This document shows positions 59,303-64,000 of a stretch of 64,000 nt of DNA, piece by piece (within the stretch, counting starts at the first letter, position 1; each line of letters begins with the position of its first letter). The position numbers were made by a program, and so were the translations under genes. The stretch is taken from the NCBI GenBank assembly GCA_963796105.1, contig CAWCKJ010000010.1, positions 32,001-96,000 on the forward strand, given 5' to 3'. The stretch is from a candidate division FCPU426 bacterium (GTDB lineage Bacteria; Oederibacteriota; Muellerivitia; Muellerivitales; Muellerivitaceae). The notes beneath the pieces are model-generated. The model was not told where the DNA came from and ran no database searches. It worked only from the letters and a program-made list of their open reading frames with translations.

Positions 59303-60403
59303 ATGAGTTTTTTTTCAAAAGGTGTTGTTGGTTTAGACATCGGAACTTCAAGTGTTAAGGTTGTTCAATTAAAACAAAATGCTGGCCAGTGGCGACTAGT
59401 TTCTATGGGAATTTCCGAATTGCCGAAGGAAGTGCAGGAAAATGCCAATCAGGGAGCTTCGAAAAACATAATAATCGACTCCATAAAAAAACTCTTTAAA
59501 GAGAGCGGCATAAGTACAAAAAAAGTGGTGACTGCTTTATCGGGTGATTCGGTCATAATTCGCTATGTAAAACTACCTTTTATGACTAATGAGGAATTGA
59601 AGGCGGCGATTCCGAGGGAAGCGGAACAATATATCCCGCTAAACTTGGATCAGGTTGTTCTTGATTTTCAGATTTTGGGTGAAACCCAGGAAGATGGACA
59701 AAAAAAATTAGACGTATTATTAGTTGCCGCGAAGGTTGATGTGGTTGATCAACATTTATCCCTTTTGAAATCAATTGGGTTGACGCCTTCTATTATTGAT
59801 GTGGATGCGTTTGCTTTGGAAAATGCATATGAAATAAATCGAACTGAGCAGGGAGAAGAGACAATCGCTTTAATTAATCTAGGCGCATCTTTGACGACCA
59901 TCAATATACTTGAGGGAAAAAATACCAGGTTTACACGTGATATTCCAGTTGCCGGAAATGATTTTACCAAAGAAATTCAAAAGGAGTTTAATTTAAAGTT
60001 TTCTGAAGCTGAAGAGCTAAAAAAGTCGCATGGCGCAATTTCCATGGAGGAAGATGATTTTAATTTATCTGCAATTACTCAAAAAGATGATCGGGTTTTG
60101 AGAATGTCAGATGTAATGACTCCGGTGTTAAACAAACTTTTGGGCGAAATTCGACGTTCATTTGATTATTACGAAACACAATCCCGGAAGAAAACAGTTG
60201 AGCGGGTTATCCTTTTAGGGGGGAGCGCGAAATTAAAAAATGTGAATAGGTTTTTAGCGAGCAAGTTAGGCATCCCAGTAGAGAATTTCTCCGCTTTTAG
60301 GAACATCGAGGTTGGTAAAAACATTGACTCGGAACAACTATCTGAAAAAGAGGTTTATATGGGGGTCTGTTTGGGCTTAGCACTTCGGCAAACGGAATCT
60401 TAA
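59303..60403 (+). CDS. pilM: Type IV pilus assembly protein PilM
   Basis: GLDIGTSSVK, EAEQYIP, IDVDAFAL, EIRRSFDYY. Confidence 0.93.
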   Translation: MSFFSKGVVGLDIGTSSVKVVQLKQNAGQWRLVSMGISELPKEVQENANQGASKNIIIDSIKKLFKESGISTKKVVTALSGDSVIIRYVKLPFMTNEELKAAIPREAEQYIPLNLDQVVLDFQILGETQEDGQKKLDVLLVAAKVDVVDQHLSLLKSIGLTPSIIDVDAFALENAYEINRTEQGEETIALINLGASLTTINILEGKNTRFTRDIPVAGNDFTKEIQKEFNLKFSEAEELKKSHGAISMEEDDFNLSAITQKDDRVLRMSDVMTPVLNKLLGEIRRSFDYYETQSRKKTVERVILLGGSAKLKNVNRFLASKLGIPVENFSAFRNIEVGKNIDSEQLSEKEVYMGVCLGLALRQTES

Positions 60404-60406
60404 TAC

Positions 60407-60961
60407 ATGATAAGAATAAATCTAATACCGGTTAAGGAAAAGAAGAAACGTAGAGAATTATTCATTGTTTTCTGCGTTGTGATTGTATTGGTTTTGATAG
60501 CTTTTGGTATGGCTTGGGTTTATGGTTCGCGTATGAGCGAGAAAAATAATCTCAATAAAAAGATTAAACAAGTTGAGGATGAATCGAAGGAATATGAGGA
60601 AAAAATAAACGAAGAGAAAGACCTCGAGGCCAAAGAAGCCAGTTTGGAAACATTTAAAAAGACTGTAAAAGGAGTGACGGATACACAAAGAAAAGTTCTG
60701 GTTGCCATGGATCAATTAGCTTTAAACCTTCCGGAAGGGGTTTGGCTTACTAAGGTGAGTCAAGGTCGTGATAAAGATAGTGATTTATACACTGTCGAGG
60801 GGTATTCTTATTCTGCGCACGACTTGCAAATTTACTTGAATTCCCTCCGAAAACCAGGCGGGATGTTCAAAGATGTTCAGCTTATAACCACAGATAATAT
60901 TTTATCTCTCGCTGGTAATAAATTCAAAATAACTACAAGAGTTATGGATACCAACTCATGA
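60407..60961 (+). CDS. pilN: PilN
   Basis: MIRINLIP, TM, LPEGVWLT. Confidence 0.9.
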   Translation: MIRINLIPVKEKKKRRELFIVFCVVIVLVLIAFGMAWVYGSRMSEKNNLNKKIKQVEDESKEYEEKINEEKDLEAKEASLETFKKTVKGVTDTQRKVLVAMDQLALNLPEGVWLTKVSQGRDKDSDLYTVEGYSYSAHDLQIYLNSLRKPGGMFKDVQLITTDNILSLAGNKFKITTRVMDTNS

Positions 60962-61503
60962 AAATCACTCCTTTACAGCAATATATAATATTGGGTGTAG
61001 TGTTTTTCGCTGGGTTAGTATTTTTGTATTATCAATTTCTTCTAAAACCTTTGAATTCAGATATCGTGAATTTAAGAACAACTTTGGAACAAAAACAAAA
61101 AGATTTAGAAGAAGCTAAGAAAATCGTGGCTAAATATGTTGAGTTTAAAAAGCGCGCGGATTCTGTTCAAAGAGAATTGGAATACATTCAAAATAGAATC
61201 CCGAAAACAATTGACAGGGCGAAATTGATGGAGATGGTAAATTTAATCCAAGACAGGACAAGAATTGTGTTAACTAATTTTTCTTTTTCAGGAAGTCCAA
61301 CATCGAAAGATTCTTGGGTGGAAATTCCAATAAAGTTATCATTCAATTCGAGTTTTAAAGGATTATTGGAATTTTTATATCAAATTAACATTTCGAATTT
61401 ACTTATGATAGTTAGGGATGTGAATATTTCCTCGCAGCTAGATCCGCTTGGAATTTATACTTTAAAAGCGGATTTGATATTAAACGGGATTCAAGCGAAA
61501 TGA
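60958..61503 (+). CDS. pilO: PilO
   Basis: TM, coiled coil, EIPIKL; position in operon. Confidence 0.85.
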   Translation: MKITPLQQYIILGVVFFAGLVFLYYQFLLKPLNSDIVNLRTTLEQKQKDLEEAKKIVAKYVEFKKRADSVQRELEYIQNRIPKTIDRAKLMEMVNLIQDRTRIVLTNFSFSGSPTSKDSWVEIPIKLSFNSSFKGLLEFLYQINISNLLMIVRDVNISSQLDPLGIYTLKADLILNGIQAK

Positions 61504-61958
61504 AAATTCAAACAAAATCGAATAAAAAGATTCTTTTATTCGCCATTTTTGGAATAGGTATAACCGCGCAATATTCCGCCTTGTGCCAGCAACAAGACGT
61601 CCCGGAACCGGTTTTCATGAATTTTTCTATTCAATCTCCTTATATTCCGACTTATCATGGTCGAGATCCCTTTTACCCATTGCAACCCTATTCGTATGAT
61701 ATTTCTAAAAAAGTATCAATCGCCGATTTGGATTATCGGGGGATATTAAGTTTAGGTGACAAGGATATGGCTTTATTCTCTTGGAAGCACGATGGCAATT
61801 ACAGATTCTTATTAAAATCCAGAAAATTGTATTGTAGTTCAAACAGTACAAAAAGTTCAAACGAACAGGTTGTTGATGGTATTGTGGGGGACATTACTGG
61901 CACCGAAGTTGTTTTAATACAGGGCGAGCAAAAGATTGTTTTTTCCAGAAGAAAATAA
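61500..61958 (+). CDS. pilP: PilP-like protein
   Basis: GRDPF motif, YRGIL; between pilO and pilQ. Confidence 0.6.
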   Translation: MKIQTKSNKKILLFAIFGIGITAQYSALCQQQDVPEPVFMNFSIQSPYIPTYHGRDPFYPLQPYSYDISKKVSIADLDYRGILSLGDKDMALFSWKHDGNYRFLLKSRKLYCSSNSTKSSNEQVVDGIVGDITGTEVVLIQGEQKIVFSRRK

Positions 61959-61971
61959 AGGAGTTTTATTA

Positions 61972-64000
61972 ATGCCAAGAAAACGCAAGAAAACGGGAAC
62001 GATTTTATTTTTTGCTTTGATGTTCCTCATGCCGTGTTTTCTTTTGTGGGCAGGTGATGCCATAGAAATTGATTTAAGTAATGAATCTTCAACATCGAAA
62101 CCCACTCCAACGCAGGTTGCGGTCAACAAAATTCCTCCAAACCAAACTAAAACAAATCTTAAAAACACGGAAAGCCAATTAACAGCGGTTTCTGCGCGCA
62201 ATAAAACAAAATCAATTATAAACAAAGTTGAAATTAAGGCGGAGGGAGAACAGACCACTCTTCTTATAAAAGGAGAAGGTCTTGTCAATAAACCCGAGGT
62301 GAAAATTATTTCTAAAACCAAAATATTGGTAACTTTTGCGAATGCGAAACTACATTTACCCAAAAAAATCACCGAGAATAAAAATCGCATAAAAACAATA
62401 AGATCTGATGCTCACGGGAAATCAGCATGGATTGTTATTGACGCCAATGGGATTAAATCCGCGACTGCAGAAAAATCCGATGATGGGTTTGCGGTTATTT
62501 TGAACGCGGGAAGTAATACTGAAATGGACGGAAAGCTTTTGGGAAAATCCGGGTTGAACAACGAATCCACCCCAACCGCACCTTCTTTGGAAAAAAGAAT
62601 ATTCTCCCGTTTGACGGATTTTTCGATAAAGCCGAGCGATAAAGGGATAAAAGTTGTATTGACTTCCGACGGCCCGGCCAAATACAACATTAGAAAAATT
62701 GGCCAACCCGAAAGATTGGTTGTATGGTTCCACAATACGAAACTAGATGTTTCTGCAAAAGAGAAAATATATAAAAACGATGATTTGGAATTGAAAAAAG
62801 GGGGATTAATTTCGATCGCGTTGCGGCAAATAGGGAAAGGGTTTTCGCCCATATCAGACGTTACTTTAATGTTGATTCCCGGAACAGTCTACAAAGTCGA
62901 TCGAGATTTAAATCAAGTAGTCATTTCCTTGACTTCGCCCCCTCCTTCTGAAAAATCAAGTGAAACTGAAAAAAACGCAGAAAGAAAAGGGAACTTAAAC
63001 CAATTGGTTTCTATGGATATTGAATCGGCAGATTTATCCACTGTTTTAAAAAATATAGCTATTGAGTCTGGCTTCAGTAATGTCGATTTTGTGGGAGGCG
63101 CGATATTTGGTGTTGTAAACGAGAAGTTTAAGGATGTCCCTTTGAAAACCGCTCTGGCTATTTTATTGACGCCGGGAAATTATGATTATGAAGTTCAAGG
63201 CAATACGTTGAGAGTAGGGCCGATAGCATCTCTGAGGGCTACTAAGAGTATCATGCCACATGTAACGGAAATCTTAAGTCCCTCCGGGGGGATGAATCTC
63301 GGGCAGTTTGATAGCTTGGTAAAATCCATTCTAAAGCCAACCAACGCAATCCAAACCAGCCCTGACTCAGTCCGCAATGTATTGGTTTTAAATGGAACGG
63401 TTTCTGATATTGAAGAATACAAGCGAGCCATAAAGGATTTAAAACTCGATGAAAACACATCCGGTGATAGAATCACGCGAGTTGTAAAATTGAATTATGC
63501 TGATCCAACGCAAATGATACTTATTTTAAGCGCTTATTTGACTCCTGTGGGCAAAGTGCAGCAAGATCCGCGGACAAACGATCTGGTGATATGGGAAGTC
63601 GCAAGCAATATGGGGGTGCTTTTAGAGTTGATCAAGGAAATTGATGTTAAATCGCCTCAAGTGTTACTCGAAACAAACATGGTAGAAGTTCAAGATGAAA
63701 AAGATTTAAATCTTGGAGTTGATTTAGCTTTAACAAGACAAGTTGGCGATCCGCAAATAAATGCGAATTACGTTAACCCGGCAACTAATAATCCTGGATT
63801 TTTCGGGATCCAAACGCTTCGAAGCGGTATTAATCTCAGTGCTCAATTGTCGGCTGCGGAAGCCAGGAAAAAAGCGAAAATCATCTCAAGGCCCAGAGTT
63901 GCCACGGCCAACGGAGTCGCCGCGGAGATTGACACTGTCGAGAATGTCGTCATTGAAAATACTACACAAACCATCAACCAAAATGTCATAACTTATCAAA
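61972..64000 (+). CDS. pilQ: Type IV pilus secretin PilQ with AMIN-like domains (3'-truncated by window; not in ORF track)
   Basis: AAGGAG RBS; MPRKRKKTG...; IKEIDVKSPQVLLETNMVEV and KAKIISRPRVAT secretin motifs in the same frame. Confidence 0.9.
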   Translation, partial: MPRKRKKTGTILFFALMFLMPCFLLWAGDAIEIDLSNESSTSKPTPTQVAVNKIPPNQTKTNLKNTESQLTAVSARNKTKSIINKVEIKAEGEQTTLLIKGEGLVNKPEVKIISKTKILVTFANAKLHLPKKITENKNRIKTIRSDAHGKSAWIVIDANGIKSATAEKSDDGFAVILNAGSNTEMDGKLLGKSGLNNESTPTAPSLEKRIFSRLTDFSIKPSDKGIKVVLTSDGPAKYNIRKIGQPERLVVWFHNTKLDVSAKEKIYKNDDLELKKGGLISIALRQIGKGFSPISDVTLMLIPGTVYKVDRDLNQVVISLTSPPPSEKSSETEKNAERKGNLNQLVSMDIESADLSTVLKNIAIESGFSNVDFVGGAIFGVVNEKFKDVPLKTALAILLTPGNYDYEVQGNTLRVGPIASLRATKSIMPHVTEILSPSGGMNLGQFDSLVKSILKPTNAIQTSPDSVRNVLVLNGTVSDIEEYKRAIKDLKLDENTSGDRITRVVKLNYADPTQMILILSAYLTPVGKVQQDPRTNDLVIWEVASNMGVLLELIKEIDVKSPQVLLETNMVEVQDEKDLNLGVDLALTRQVGDPQINANYVNPATNNPGFFGIQTLRSGINLSAQLSAAEARKKAKIISRPRVATANGVAAEIDTVENVVIENTTQTINQNVITYQ

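Overview
A bacterial chromosomal segment, probably from a diderm organism (PilQ secretin, GT9 heptosyltransferase-like gene). The first ~45 kb is moderately GC-rich. It carries surface-glycan and modification genes (SAM methyltransferases, a B12 radical SAM enzyme, UDP-glucuronate decarboxylase, GT4/GT9/GT-C enzymes, AsnB amidotransferase), three NHL beta-propeller proteins, dksA, lemA plus an M48 protease, a CBM-GH44 glucanase whose 3' end is duplicated around a hicBA module, a lepB-ECF sigma-small membrane protein operon, vapBC and a hemD/E-hemH-hemY cluster. Three intact IS elements (IS1380, IS3, IS4 families) have recognisable inverted repeats and target duplications. Non-coding structure includes a 20-unit helically phased CTACCGGCATG array split by the IS3 element, an adjacent 8-unit TCCGACAG array, and several families of REP/MITE-like palindromes. 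From ~45 kb onward the sequence is housekeeping DNA of falling GC content: efp-accB-accC, comB-like, thiD2-like, thiC, ferredoxin, dnaJ-rsmE-aroE, pilB-pilT-pilC and pilMNOPQ (pilQ runs off the window end). All calls come from reading motifs by eye; no database searches were run.
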